64,000 nt of DNA from Fibrobacteria bacterium (GCA_037447435.1 JBBIGR010000004.1:1-64000); one strand, 5' to 3'; counted from the stretch's first letter, positions 29,676 to 40,463 are shown. Notes: generated from the letters alone by a model not told the origin. Numbers and translations are program-made.

Positions 29676-30491
29676 CTATCGTTTGGTCGTCGCAAAAGTA
29701 AAACATGCATATGTGCCGAAACGGCGTTCGGCCGCCGCGTCCGCGATATCGATTTCCACTTCATAGCCGATATCCCGCAGTACATCTTTCAAATCCTCGC
29801 CGAAATGGGTATAGGCGGGAATCATTCCCCGGACCGGGTCGCCGTGGAATTCGATTTCACCGATAGGAATTTCTTGGCCGTTTTTAAATTCAAACAGTCT
29901 TTTCGTTTTACTGCCGAAATAAAACGGTATGGAAAACACGTGGACGCCGCCTTTTTTAAGGACCCGATATACTTCCCTGAATCCTTTTTCGTAATCCTTA
30001 AGATGCTCGAAAACATCCTCCGAAATCACCAGGTCGAACGAGTCGTTTTCAAACGACAAGTTCTCGAAATTCTCGCATAAGATGCCGTTTTTATATTCGC
30101 CCGATGGTACCGAATCGAAATACTCCGAGCAAACGATATGGGGATGGCTGCCCATAGCTTTACAAATAGGGCCAAACGAAATCGAATTGAACACCGCCAA
30201 ATCGGTACGCATACCGAAATCCGACAGCTTCAGAATATTTTTGTCCCTGAATTTTTTCAGTATTGTCAAAGCAACATGCCGATGCCTAGATACGCTGCCG
30301 CAGCGCACGCAAATCGCATGGTTTCTGATTTTATCCATATCGTCGGTCAAAAGGAACAACGACGAGTGGCCGCATACCGGACAAAACCCGAACCTGTTTT
30401 TAATGAGATACTTGGGATTGAGAAATTTAAAAAAAGTGTCTATTTTCATCGGTTCCTTCAGTTGCACTGTAGAAAAAATTGGTATCGACAA
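29676..30491 (-). CDS. Class I SAM-dependent methyltransferase-like protein with N-terminal Zn ribbon
   Basis: CPVC/CVRC, LSFENDSFDLVISEDVFEH, RVLKKGG. Start may be 30449. Confidence 0.8.
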   Translation of the reverse strand: MSIPIFSTVQLKEPMKIDTFFKFLNPKYLIKNRFGFCPVCGHSSLFLLTDDMDKIRNHAICVRCGSVSRHRHVALTILKKFRDKNILKLSDFGMRTDLAVFNSISFGPICKAMGSHPHIVCSEYFDSVPSGEYKNGILCENFENLSFENDSFDLVISEDVFEHLKDYEKGFREVYRVLKKGGVHVFSIPFYFGSKTKRLFEFKNGQEIPIGEIEFHGDPVRGMIPAYTHFGEDLKDVLRDIGYEVEIDIADAAAERRFGTYACFTFATTKR

Positions 30492-33400
30492 TTAAAATAA
30501 AACAAAAAATGCGCAATAAAGCCAATTTTGTTATATTACTTTATATAAACGCCCTCCCCCCTTGGCGATTCAATACCGACGGTTGTTCTATGAATGCAAA
30601 AACAACGCTAAAAATGCAAGGTTTATGCCTGTGTTTTTATTGCGCTTTGCTTTTTTCCATTTTCTTTGTCCGCGGCGCGAATGCGGAAACCGTTTGTTGG
30701 AAAAACGGCCCGGATACGAGGTTCGAAAACCCTAAAAATTGGGATCAAAGCCGCGTGCCTTCCATTTCCGACACTGTTCTTTTCGACTCGATATCCCCCT
30801 TTACAAATCAATGCGTTCTCCACCGGGATATCGCTATCGGTGCGTTGAGATTTTCTCCGCGGTTTAATTCTTCGTTTGATTTTAACGGACACTTTTTAAA
30901 AATCACGGGTGAATTCGTCGATATACGGATCTCTCGAAACGTATTGGCTGCGACAAAGGGCGGTCTGGAATTCTGCGGTTCGCGTATTCAGCATTATTTT
31001 CCGGGCAAAAACGATGTCCCCGCAATCATTATCAATAGTCAATCACAATGCGTTTTTGAAAAAACGGTTTCACCGTATGTCGGAATCGATTCTCTCATCC
31101 TGCAATCGGGAATCCTCAGGCTTTCCGATTCCATCGCCGTGGTTTGCTCGTATGTCGGCTCTCACGGCGGCACGCTTATGGTTCCGCAAACGGCAACCGT
31201 GAATATCGGCAATTCGGCCGATTTTTCGGGATTGGAACATTCCGTATTCGACGGCATGCTTTGCTTTTCGGGTAAAACGATGGGCCTCACCCCGCATCCG
31301 GGCTTCATCATTAAAACCCTCTCGATCGCAAACGGTACCGTATCGATACGCGCAAACGGTTTGAATGCCGAAAATCTCATTCTGTCCCACGATATGTCGC
31401 CCTGTACGTTATCGCTGGGCGCAGGGCTCACGCATGAATTTAGGAAAATAGCAATACGATCCGGCGGATGCATCGCATTTGATTCCTCACTGATCCGTTT
31501 TTTAGGCGACACGCTCGATTTATCGCAAACTGCGGTATCCGTTTCTTCGTCGGACATAGGGGGCATTTCATTGAGCGGCACCTCTCCGCAATATTTCATT
31601 CCAAACCCGCAAGCAACCGTTCCAAGCCTTATAAGCGACAACAAGGCAGGAACATTTGTCCTTAAAAACGGTTTTTCCTGCTTAAACTTTTCGATTTTAT
31701 CCGGTACCGTGCATTTGGGAACAAACCGGACGTGTTCGGTTTTGTCCAAACTGATCGGCTATGCAGGCGGGCTCGACTTCGGCTCGTCGACGCTGCTTGC
31801 CGAAGCCGATACCGTGGATTTCTGCAGGCTTTCGGAGTTGACTTGCGGAAACGGGACGATCGTTTTTACTTCGGGCAGTACGAAACAATGTCTTATCCCG
31901 AAAGAAACTGCCCTTCATCCCAACATCGTCAAAATTCACGACGGCCCGCTGTTTGTAAACGGTCCGATAAAAGCGAAAAAATGTTCTCTGAGCAACGGTT
32001 CGCTGTATCTTGTAAACGGGACATGCGAGTTTGAAGGTTTTTCGGCAAAAAGCGGAATTCTGTGGTCTTTGGCCGACAGCCTTATCATTAACGGCAATGC
32101 GAATTTTTCCGATCTTACCGGCCTTGTTTGCGCCGAAGGCCCGGTTGTTGTCAGGGCCAACGATAAAAATCCCCTGGTAACGTTTTCCGCAACGAAATTT
32201 CCCGTATGCAATCTGGTTCTTTCGGCATTGCCGTCTTTGGAAGGATCGGCCCGCATCATCGCGGGACCGGGAATTCATTTAGCGAAAAACGTCTTGTTTC
32301 AATGGAAACGCTCTGCGGATGCGGCTCTATTCGATTTCCGACAAAACCGGGCCTCCATGACAATCGGCGGCAATGTTCGGACCGAGCAAATCAATTCCGG
32401 TATCGACAAGGGATGCATTCTCATGGGAAACGGCATCTGGACATTCGGCGGGGATATGAAAATACGCAATGTCGTTCGCGATAGCTCGGTTATGGTTTTC
32501 AATAAGGAATCGGGAAAGCAACTTTTAGAAAGCACCCAGTCGCTCGGCATTGTCCGCCATGTCGGTAAAGCAACGGTATCGCTTCTCTCGCCGCTTTCAT
32601 GCAAAGACTTTTACAACAGCGACGGCATTTTGGAATCTAACGGCAATGCGATACTCTCCGAAAACGACGTAACGATAACAAACGGTACTGCCGCAACGTT
32701 CTCCAATGCTTTCACGCCGCTACGGATCCGCGCGCAACGGAATATCACGCTTAAAGGAAATCAATTGTCGTTTCTGTCAATTACCGGTACTCCGGCGTGC
32801 ACGCTGTGGGCAAACGGGACTATTCTGGCGCGAAATGCATCGATTTCGAATTGCATTGCGCTGGCAGGCAAAAAAGCAAAAGCGGTGAACTGTTCGAACA
32901 GCGGCAATGCCGTCAATTGGCAATTTACAAGTACACCGCAACCGGTGTCGTTGTTGTACGGCCAACGAGGAAACAAATGCGCAAAAATCAAGTGGACGCA
33001 AAGCGTGGAGCCGGATTTTCTTTTTTATGCGATTTACGCGTTCACAAAAAACGGCAGCCCCGTCGCGATCGATTCGGTTTTTACCCAATCCGATACGTCG
33101 TTTACAATATACGACCTGCAGAACGACGTGCCGGCGACATTTGCAATTTCGGCGACCGACAGCAGCGGCCGTGAAAGCGCCTTGTCGAACAAATGCACGG
33201 TTGTTCCCGATTCCGGGCTTCTTAATTATTCTGCCCAGGATTTCGTCTTTGGCCCGGTAAAATTCGGATCCTTTCACGATACGGTATTGGTTGTTTCAAA
33301 TGACGGGACCGATACCATTTCAATACTATCGGTCGATAAAACAAGCAAATCGTTTTCCCAGACCCTGAAACCGATGCGAATTCCTCCCAAGGCGTTCGCG

Positions 33401-33832
33401 GCGGATACGATACGGTATTCTCCAAGCCGCAGCGGGAAAGATTCATGTTCGATTTTTATAGCAACCGATTCCAAATCCGTTCCCGATACGATACGAATCA
33501 ACGGCTCGGTAATCGCATCGGAAGCAATACAACCGGGCCAAAAGGATTTGCCGACCGAGTTTTCTTTCCAGGAACTTTCTACCTCCGAACGAACAGTAAT
33601 TTTTAAATACAGTCTGCCGGTTTCTTGTTTTGTCACAATGGAAATTTATAATGCGATAGGCAGAACACTGGAACGTCCGCTCGACACGTATCTCGAACCG
33701 TCCACGTTTGAATTTTCCTGGAATTCCCCGCAACTTTCCCGCGGTATCTATTTCTGCAGATTCAAAGCGTTCGACAAAAATTCCTCTGAAAACAAGTTTA
33801 TCAAGACGTTGCGCATCGTATTTTCCAAATGA
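30479..33832 (+). CDS. Large secreted protein: beta-helix-like repeats, FN3, Ig-like domain, C-terminal T9SS/FlgD-like sorting domain
   Basis: NW...VP...DTVLFD start of the mature part; FN3-like ATDSSGRESALS; VSNDG Ig-like; MEIYNAIGR...WN...LSRGIYFCR. True start probably 30590-30614. Confidence 0.75.
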   Translation: MVSTIKIKQKMRNKANFVILLYINALPPWRFNTDGCSMNAKTTLKMQGLCLCFYCALLFSIFFVRGANAETVCWKNGPDTRFENPKNWDQSRVPSISDTVLFDSISPFTNQCVLHRDIAIGALRFSPRFNSSFDFNGHFLKITGEFVDIRISRNVLAATKGGLEFCGSRIQHYFPGKNDVPAIIINSQSQCVFEKTVSPYVGIDSLILQSGILRLSDSIAVVCSYVGSHGGTLMVPQTATVNIGNSADFSGLEHSVFDGMLCFSGKTMGLTPHPGFIIKTLSIANGTVSIRANGLNAENLILSHDMSPCTLSLGAGLTHEFRKIAIRSGGCIAFDSSLIRFLGDTLDLSQTAVSVSSSDIGGISLSGTSPQYFIPNPQATVPSLISDNKAGTFVLKNGFSCLNFSILSGTVHLGTNRTCSVLSKLIGYAGGLDFGSSTLLAEADTVDFCRLSELTCGNGTIVFTSGSTKQCLIPKETALHPNIVKIHDGPLFVNGPIKAKKCSLSNGSLYLVNGTCEFEGFSAKSGILWSLADSLIINGNANFSDLTGLVCAEGPVVVRANDKNPLVTFSATKFPVCNLVLSALPSLEGSARIIAGPGIHLAKNVLFQWKRSADAALFDFRQNRASMTIGGNVRTEQINSGIDKGCILMGNGIWTFGGDMKIRNVVRDSSVMVFNKESGKQLLESTQSLGIVRHVGKATVSLLSPLSCKDFYNSDGILESNGNAILSENDVTITNGTAATFSNAFTPLRIRAQRNITLKGNQLSFLSITGTPACTLWANGTILARNASISNCIALAGKKAKAVNCSNSGNAVNWQFTSTPQPVSLLYGQRGNKCAKIKWTQSVEPDFLFYAIYAFTKNGSPVAIDSVFTQSDTSFTIYDLQNDVPATFAISATDSSGRESALSNKCTVVPDSGLLNYSAQDFVFGPVKFGSFHDTVLVVSNDGTDTISILSVDKTSKSFSQTLKPMRIPPKAFAADTIRYSPSRSGKDSCSIFIATDSKSVPDTIRINGSVIASEAIQPGQKDLPTEFSFQELSTSERTVIFKYSLPVSCFVTMEIYNAIGRTLERPLDTYLEPSTFEFSWNSPQLSRGIYFCRFKAFDKNSSENKFIKTLRIVFSK

Positions 33833-33892
33833 TATTGCGACGGGGCAAATCCCCATGTTGGCGCGGAACGGTACTTTGGCAAAAGAACAAAC

Positions 33893-34873
33893 ATGGTAAA
33901 CAAAAAAATCATCGGGCAGGTTGCAATAAGCCTGTTTTGCCTCGCTCAATTTTCATGCAGCGCACTGCATTGTTTTGATGCAAAAACCCGGTATCCCGAC
34001 CTGAGCGATTCGTTATCGCTTATCCAGTCATGCAAAAACATTTCGCATCATCTCATGCGCATTGCCCGGGAATCGGACAGTTCCGCTTTTAAAAACTTTT
34101 ACCGGGGAATTGATTCCGTTGGCATTGCCTTTAGCGCAAAAAGCGTTCCATCAACGGCAATTGCCGATTCAATTTGCAACAGAGTGTTCGGAACATGGAA
34201 TATCTCCTTTGATGCCGACGACAGTTCCTTTTCGTCGCTTTTGCCGCATCGGGTTTTTTCCCAAAAACACGGCGCATGCCTCGGCATATCGCTTATCATG
34301 CTCATGATGTCCGAAAAGTCAAACTGCCCCATGCGCGGCGTCATGGTGCCCGGCCATTTTTTCTGCCGCTTCGACAATGGTTCGGTACGCTATAATATCG
34401 AGCCGAACAAAGCCGGTTTTCGCCATCCCGATTCCTATTATGAAACCCGCTACGATACTCGATCAAAGCCCTGGTACGATCTGCATTCCCTGACAAAACA
34501 GGAAGTCGTCGGAATGCTGTGCTACAATGCGGGCACGATTTTATTGTCTCGAAAAGAAACGAGCGACGCCTTGTTTTATTGCAAACAGGCAATGCTTCGA
34601 TTGCCCCATATTCCCGAAGTAATCGGGAACTATGCCCTGTGTCTGGCGCAAAACAATGACGTGGATTCGGCGTTGTCCGTTTTCTCAGCGCTTTTTCAAG
34701 CGCATCCCGATTTTGGCAATTGCGCATTGAATTACGGCATTCTGCTGCTTTCGCAAAACCGCTATGAAACCGCGGCAGGCGTTTTCGCCAAAGGCCTGCT
34801 ATACTTCCCCAACGATACGGTTTTACAAAACAAACTTCTTACCGCAAAAACCGGTTCGGGAAAAATGCCGTGA
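33893..34873 (+). CDS. Transglutaminase-like (SirB1/Transglut_core2) + TPR putative lipoprotein
   Basis: GACLGISL, PGHFF, NIEP; C-terminal TPRs; FSC lipobox-like. Confidence 0.75.
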   Translation: MVNKKIIGQVAISLFCLAQFSCSALHCFDAKTRYPDLSDSLSLIQSCKNISHHLMRIARESDSSAFKNFYRGIDSVGIAFSAKSVPSTAIADSICNRVFGTWNISFDADDSSFSSLLPHRVFSQKHGACLGISLIMLMMSEKSNCPMRGVMVPGHFFCRFDNGSVRYNIEPNKAGFRHPDSYYETRYDTRSKPWYDLHSLTKQEVVGMLCYNAGTILLSRKETSDALFYCKQAMLRLPHIPEVIGNYALCLAQNNDVDSALSVFSALFQAHPDFGNCALNYGILLLSQNRYETAAGVFAKGLLYFPNDTVLQNKLLTAKTGSGKMP

Positions 34874-36531
34874 AACGTTTAGCCGTTACAAGTATTGCCC
34901 TTCCGTTTGCATGCGCCGTTGCGGCGGGGTTCTTCACCTATTTTCCTATAACCGATTCGGATATTTTTTGGCATTTGGCCAGCGGACGGGAAATAATCGC
35001 CCACGGGCATTTGTTGTTTTCCGATCCGTTCAGTTACACGCTTGTCAATCCGAAGTGGGTCGATTTGCACTGGTTGTTCCAATTGCTTACCTACGGAATA
35101 TATTGTATCGGTCAATTAACAGGCCTGCTTGTTTTCAAGGCGATACTGATCGCCTTAACCGCGATTGGCGTTACCGCCGCCCTTCCCAAACCCGTGTACC
35201 GCATAACCAGTGCGATTGCAATGACGATTTTACTCTACTATGCCCGCTATCTTATCTGCATACGCCCCGTTCTTTTGACCATGTTCTTCATGGCAACGTA
35301 TGTATTGCTGTTCGAAAGAATTAAAGCGGGCGCCCCAAAGCGCTGGCTTTGGCTTTGCGTTCCCGTGCAAATCGTTTGGACTAATTCTCAAGGGCTGTAC
35401 CCGATCGGTCTGTTCATCATCGGATCATATTGGTTTGAAAACGCGGTCGCTTATTATTTAAGGAAACCCGCAACCGAAGCGCGGGGGGAAAAACGTCCCG
35501 ATCATTTCTATACCTTGATTTTTACTATTAGCGGTGCGGCTTGTTTTGTCAACCCGTACGGCATTTCGGGCATCTTGTTGCCGCTAACGCTGCTTGGCAG
35601 AATTTCCCCGGACGCCAACAATATTTATTCCATGAACATTTCCGAAAACCTGCCTCTTTTGGCGGTATCCGGTTTTGAAGCCGTGTATCGCATCGTCGTG
35701 TTTACATGCGCCATCGCGTCCGCCCTGCTCTGCATTGTCAATTACAAAAGGCTGCGAATCGCCCACGTGTTTTTAATTGCCGGCTTCGGCTATCTCGCCT
35801 TCAATGCCGTACGGAACGTACCCTTATTCATTGTCGTCATCGTACCGGTTTTTTCCTATTACGCTTCGGCAACCGCCGATACCGCGGAACGGATTTTCCC
35901 CAAACTGTATCCTAAAATTCTGGCAGGAATAACCGCGGCGGGATTGTGCTGCATGGCCTTTTTGGGAACCCAGCAGTACGCCATTATTAAAACATACCCA
36001 TACAAGAGTCAATTGTCGCCGTTTCGCTTTCCCGATAACATTTGCAACTATCTTACGCAGCATCCGATTCGGGGAGAACTGTACAACGATTTGCGGTATG
36101 GCGGTTATTTCATTTGGAAATTCTATCCGCCTAAAAAGGTATTTGCCGATACGAGGCTCATCATCCGCACCCCGCAATTCTTCGCGGAATATCTTGCGAT
36201 CGGAAACAATCCGGATTTGTTTTTCGCGGTTGCGGAAAAATTCCATATCACCCATGCCGCAATGCCTTCCGCGATATTCAATGAACAACGGCAATTGATC
36301 AAGGCACTGTACCGTTCTACGCAATGGCATCTGGAGTTCTGCGACGGCACTTCGTTTTTATTCGTGAAAAACGATGTCGCGCAACGAAAAGGCATCAACC
36401 TGTCGGACACAAATGACGTGAATCGGATAGAAAAGTCGATCGAAAAGGAATGGGAAAAATCAGAGTATATCCGCAATGAAGCGCTCGGGCATTTCAATGA
36501 GATGCTTGCGTATCTACGGTCGCCCTCATAA
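34870..36531 (+). CDS. Polytopic membrane protein, probable GT-C glycosyltransferase
   Basis: DSDIFWHLASGR, DPFSY, WLFQ, RP, WTNSQG, NPYG, YGGY, many TMs. Confidence 0.7.
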   Translation: MKRLAVTSIALPFACAVAAGFFTYFPITDSDIFWHLASGREIIAHGHLLFSDPFSYTLVNPKWVDLHWLFQLLTYGIYCIGQLTGLLVFKAILIALTAIGVTAALPKPVYRITSAIAMTILLYYARYLICIRPVLLTMFFMATYVLLFERIKAGAPKRWLWLCVPVQIVWTNSQGLYPIGLFIIGSYWFENAVAYYLRKPATEARGEKRPDHFYTLIFTISGAACFVNPYGISGILLPLTLLGRISPDANNIYSMNISENLPLLAVSGFEAVYRIVVFTCAIASALLCIVNYKRLRIAHVFLIAGFGYLAFNAVRNVPLFIVVIVPVFSYYASATADTAERIFPKLYPKILAGITAAGLCCMAFLGTQQYAIIKTYPYKSQLSPFRFPDNICNYLTQHPIRGELYNDLRYGGYFIWKFYPPKKVFADTRLIIRTPQFFAEYLAIGNNPDLFFAVAEKFHITHAAMPSAIFNEQRQLIKALYRSTQWHLEFCDGTSFLFVKNDVAQRKGINLSDTNDVNRIEKSIEKEWEKSEYIRNEALGHFNEMLAYLRSPS

Positions 36532-37311
36532 TTTGTTGCGAAACCGCACCTCGATGCTCATCGGGACCCGCCTGTACCCGTCGTTTATCCCCGGATATTT
36601 ATACCGCGGATCCGCGACGGACGTTCTGGCGCGTATGTAAATAAGGACCGAATAATATTGCGACCAGGTCGTGGTCGCTGCATGCGTTTTCGTATAATAC
36701 GTTAAATTCAACGAATCGATGTTCTCGGCCAGCACGACGGGAGTTCCCGAATTGATATTGTATAATAAATTGGTGCCGGATTTGTAATAATACAATTTAT
36801 TTGCCGCATAAATCGTCGTGCCGACGGTAAACGTACCGCTGGTGGAAAGATGAATCGTGTCTTGAACCGAATTGGTATCGACCGTCGTAATGGTATATTG
36901 GGTTACCGACGAATCCAGGGGCGATTGCGCCAACAAATAATTTTGCCCTTTAAATCCGGCTCCGTTGGTCAAGGCAATGAAGTTTACCGAAGTAAGCGTC
37001 GCAGGCACCGTGTACGTTCCGCCTCCCTGGTTCGCAAAGAAACAAACGCTGTCCACATCGCTGAAAATCAATTGGCAATTATACGGCGGTAAATCGGATC
37101 CGGCCTGCATGAGGCCTTCGCTGATTTTCTTGATCGCATACGTCGCGTCCTGATGCATCTGGGTCACTTGCGTCTGTAAATTATAACTCCGTAAGCCGGT
37201 CGAAAACATCTTGTAGGCTCCCAAGATAGCGACAAAACTTATCGTAATGGCTATGAGCAGCTCGACAAGCGTAAAACCGTTTTCGTTGCGAAGAGTTTGT
37301 CCTGCGTCCAC
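36526..37311 (-). CDS. Type IV minor pilin (PilW-like)
   Basis: Class III signal NENG|FTLVELLIA. Start reassigned to GTG 37311. Confidence 0.82.
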   Translation of the reverse strand: MDAGQTLRNENGFTLVELLIAITISFVAILGAYKMFSTGLRSYNLQTQVTQMHQDATYAIKKISEGLMQAGSDLPPYNCQLIFSDVDSVCFFANQGGGTYTVPATLTSVNFIALTNGAGFKGQNYLLAQSPLDSSVTQYTITTVDTNSVQDTIHLSTSGTFTVGTTIYAANKLYYYKSGTNLLYNINSGTPVVLAENIDSLNLTYYTKTHAATTTWSQYYSVLIYIRARTSVADPRYKYPGINDGYRRVPMSIEVRFRNKL

Positions 37312-37325
37312 GATGCCGGCCTCGG

Positions 37326-37766
37326 TTAAAAATTTTGGGAAATATTGGTCCACAATTTTAAGGAATCGAATTTGCCGGAGCCCCAACTCGCGACAAGCTT
37401 CACGCTCACGACATTTTTGATCGCGTCGCCGTTCGGCGCTTTCAAGGTATCGTAAATTTTCCATTCCACTTTTATCGGAGGCGACGTGGTATTGTCCGTG
37501 ATTATCGTATCTTTTCCGGAAATCGTTTTAAATGCATTGAAATTTGCCGTCGGATCGAGCGCGATGACCATCCGGCGCGCTTCAATTTGCTTTTCAAGAA
37601 CCTGCGAGGCAATCATCCGCCGGTTCGTCAGCTTTGTTTGAGTCCATGTCGTTTTTTGCCACATGAGAAAAGCCACGGCGACAAAGGTGACGATAAGCGC
37701 CGAGATGATCACTTCGGTCATGGTGAATCCGCGTTCGCCAAGGCTTCTATTGAAACATGCGTTCAT
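37326..37766 (-). CDS. Type IV minor pilin (PilV-like)
   Basis: ERG|FTMTEVII; C-terminal VKLVASW. Confidence 0.82.
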   Translation of the reverse strand: MNACFNRSLGERGFTMTEVIISALIVTFVAVAFLMWQKTTWTQTKLTNRRMIASQVLEKQIEARRMVIALDPTANFNAFKTISGKDTIITDNTTSPPIKVEWKIYDTLKAPNGDAIKNVVSVKLVASWGSGKFDSLKLWTNISQNF

Positions 37767-37767
37767 G

Positions 37768-38262
37768 TTACTGCACCTTTACCCTTCCGGTGGCAGCCAA
37801 TACATTTATCGTTTTCGTTTTATTGAATTTATTGGTAACCTGTATGTCGCCGCCGTTTTTCGCAGAACCGTCGCCTCTGAAAACCACACTCTTATTTGTA
37901 ATTCCGGTCGAAGTAGGAATCACGATTTTTATATTTTTCGGCATGATATAGGTGCCGAGATATTTGGTCGCGGTATCTCCGCTGGAAATGGTGTAGGGAG
38001 TTCCCGAAGAATCGGAATATATATATATTCTCGATCCTGTCGCGGTCGTGTCGAAAAAAACGCCGCAATGGACATTGGGGTCTGCTATTGCCCGTGTACG
38101 TGCGGCAACCAAGGTCCTATGGATATTCATTGCAGCCGTGCGTAATTTCATTCCCTCAACCATCTGACCGTATTTGGGAATCGCGGCAGCGGTCAATATT
38201 CCCACAATGCCGATCAATACGAGCGTTTCCATCATGGTCCAACCGGAATTGCGGTTTTTCAT
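37768..38262 (-). CDS. FimT/GspH-like minor pilin
   Basis: NSG|WTMMETL, ARTRAI, FRGDG, TGRVK. Start reassigned to 38262. Confidence 0.82.
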   Translation of the reverse strand: MKNRNSGWTMMETLVLIGIVGILTAAAIPKYGQMVEGMKLRTAAMNIHRTLVAARTRAIADPNVHCGVFFDTTATGSRIYIYSDSSGTPYTISSGDTATKYLGTYIMPKNIKIVIPTSTGITNKSVVFRGDGSAKNGGDIQVTNKFNKTKTINVLAATGRVKVQ

Positions 38263-38273
38263 ACTAACCTGTA

Positions 38274-40463
38274 TCAATCTATTTTTCCGTAATCGCGTTT
38301 CCATTGCACACGCTTGGAGGTAAACTGGTGATAGGTTAAAAGATTTGTCATGAGTTCCAATTCGGCATTGTCCGAATGACGTTCGCAATAGAAAAAATCA
38401 AAATTATATGTATTTCCGGTAATGAGCCCTCCGATTGTATCAACGTTCAGCGATTGAGTTGCTTTTAAGTGGATTCCGCCAAGATCCATTACTAGTTTAT
38501 TATTAATAAAAACCCAGACATCATCATCACCGCTGAAATAAAAAACCTGGCCGGGCATTTTGGTAAAAGTGGATTTAATCTCCATTGTAAATGAAAAATT
38601 ATGGTTTGAGCCCTTCTCATTCCATTCGTTTCCGAATCCGCGTCCGTCAAGAGGAAAAAAATTATCATTAATGTACTGATACATGCCATTTCCGATATGC
38701 GTCAATGAAAGCGAATCCTGAATCACTATGTTAATAAAGGACGTATCATTTGCCGCGCCGGTACTCCCATCAGGGTTTAGCGGGGTATTCGGGCATCGGG
38801 TAAATTCATTTCCATCGTACTGTCCTGATCTTAATGACCAATTGTATTGATATCGCGGATAGGTGTGGACGCCGGGTGCCCATGCCTTGAACCAACTTCC
38901 GATATATTTATTTAATTCAAGATTGCTTAAAAGAACGGGCTTTCTTTGGCCATCCAATAAGTTTTGAACCATTCCGGTCGTTACCCCCGCACCACCGCAA
39001 TTGGGCTGTTCAAATTCAGGATTCGATCTATCGGAATGATAATCATAATACGTAACCGGCACTTTTGCAATTGCGCCATACGGATTTACCAAACCACCGG
39101 TCGGAATTTCCACATATTGCGACAAATGCGTATTGAATGTCCGTTTAGTTCCTCCGAATTTACTGAAAGCCGAATCCGAAATACTAAAACCGGCAGAAGG
39201 AATTATTTCGCTTAATTGCCAAGAAAGGCTATCGCCGCCAATAAGCGCTTTGCCGTTTGATGTTCTGCCGCCTTTGCCGCCGTATACTTCAAATTCATAA
39301 ATCGAATATCCCCAGGAGGTTCCGCGCTGAATGCCTTTCATTCGTATATATCGAATGTCCTGGGGTGAAAAAGTAATTGAGCGGCTTTCCTGCGCACCGT
39401 CGGAAATTTGTGCTACCTGATACCATGTGCTGTTATCGGTGCTCACATCTATTTCATATTGTTGTGCAAATGCGGCTTCCCATTTTATTAGAACTTCACT
39501 AACAATACAGATTTGGCCAAGATCGATAGCAAGCCATTCCGCATCGGCAACGGCCGCGGTAACGCTCGGCGAACCGCCGGGATAAGGACTACCCCATCGG
39601 GTCGTTCTGGCATTCCCGTCTATGGCATCTGCCGGGGAATGTCCCGATTCTGTACCGGATGCATAGGCCGTTGCGCCGAGCGCCAGGTTATAATTGGTGT
39701 TGCTTATGGGTTTTACCGAAACATTGTCTACGTATAAATCAAGCGGCCCTTGGGAACCGCATTGAAAATCCAATGATGCCCTCGTTGTTGTCGCCGAATC
39801 CATTTTGAAGTCATAGGAAATCGTTTTCATGGAGCCGCTCGGATAAAAAAAGCGGTTTCCGGTAAATAGCGGCCAGGGGCTATCCATGCTCTGTATATTG
39901 ACATCTGCAAAATCCAGGCTTTCCGGCGTCGAAATGTCGAAGCTTACGCGATACGTCGTATCCTGTTTAATGGTTAAATTGTCCTGGCATAGTTCTGCGG
40001 AATAAATGTCGTCTCCGCCATTGGTTACCGATAAATGCCCCACTGTTTTTCCGTTAAGAGTTGTCGTATTGAACGAACAGCCGCCGCAAGCCCATCCGCA
40101 GGCGCCGACATTTTGCGAAATAGAATACCAAATCGAATTGCTCGAAAAATCGCAATTCTGGATTATATTGCCGCCCGAGCCGCAACTTGCCGAAGCGCCG
40201 AAATATTTGTCCGCGTTTCCGTCAAAGCATTCCTGTGCAAGCAAGGTGACCTGGGCGTCTGCCGCATAAAAAGACTGCATTTTGCCTATGTAGTTTTTCA
40301 CGATCGACGAATTCAGGGAAGAGTTTACAATTGCACCAATACCCAGCACGCCTATCGCGATCATAAAAATGAGGGTAATAAGAAGGACCACGCCTTTTTC
40401 ATTCTTTAACCGAAGGTATTTTTTTAAAATTGTTGCAAGCCGCATTTTATTTGTGCTATTCAT
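38274..40463 (-). CDS. PilX-like pilin carrying CBM4/9-like, F5/8-type-C (CBM32) and fibro-slime domains
   Basis: NEKG|VVLLITL (no Glu5), SFYAAD; NIIQNCDF...YVDNVSV; NLALG...AIDG...WLAIDLG...RYIRM...YEFEVYG; FFPLD...HNFSFT...GDDDVWVFIN...DLGGIH...FYCER. Confidence 0.88.
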   Translation of the reverse strand: MNSTNKMRLATILKKYLRLKNEKGVVLLITLIFMIAIGVLGIGAIVNSSLNSSIVKNYIGKMQSFYAADAQVTLLAQECFDGNADKYFGASASCGSGGNIIQNCDFSSNSIWYSISQNVGACGWACGGCSFNTTTLNGKTVGHLSVTNGGDDIYSAELCQDNLTIKQDTTYRVSFDISTPESLDFADVNIQSMDSPWPLFTGNRFFYPSGSMKTISYDFKMDSATTTRASLDFQCGSQGPLDLYVDNVSVKPISNTNYNLALGATAYASGTESGHSPADAIDGNARTTRWGSPYPGGSPSVTAAVADAEWLAIDLGQICIVSEVLIKWEAAFAQQYEIDVSTDNSTWYQVAQISDGAQESRSITFSPQDIRYIRMKGIQRGTSWGYSIYEFEVYGGKGGRTSNGKALIGGDSLSWQLSEIIPSAGFSISDSAFSKFGGTKRTFNTHLSQYVEIPTGGLVNPYGAIAKVPVTYYDYHSDRSNPEFEQPNCGGAGVTTGMVQNLLDGQRKPVLLSNLELNKYIGSWFKAWAPGVHTYPRYQYNWSLRSGQYDGNEFTRCPNTPLNPDGSTGAANDTSFINIVIQDSLSLTHIGNGMYQYINDNFFPLDGRGFGNEWNEKGSNHNFSFTMEIKSTFTKMPGQVFYFSGDDDVWVFINNKLVMDLGGIHLKATQSLNVDTIGGLITGNTYNFDFFYCERHSDNAELELMTNLLTYHQFTSKRVQWKRDYGKID

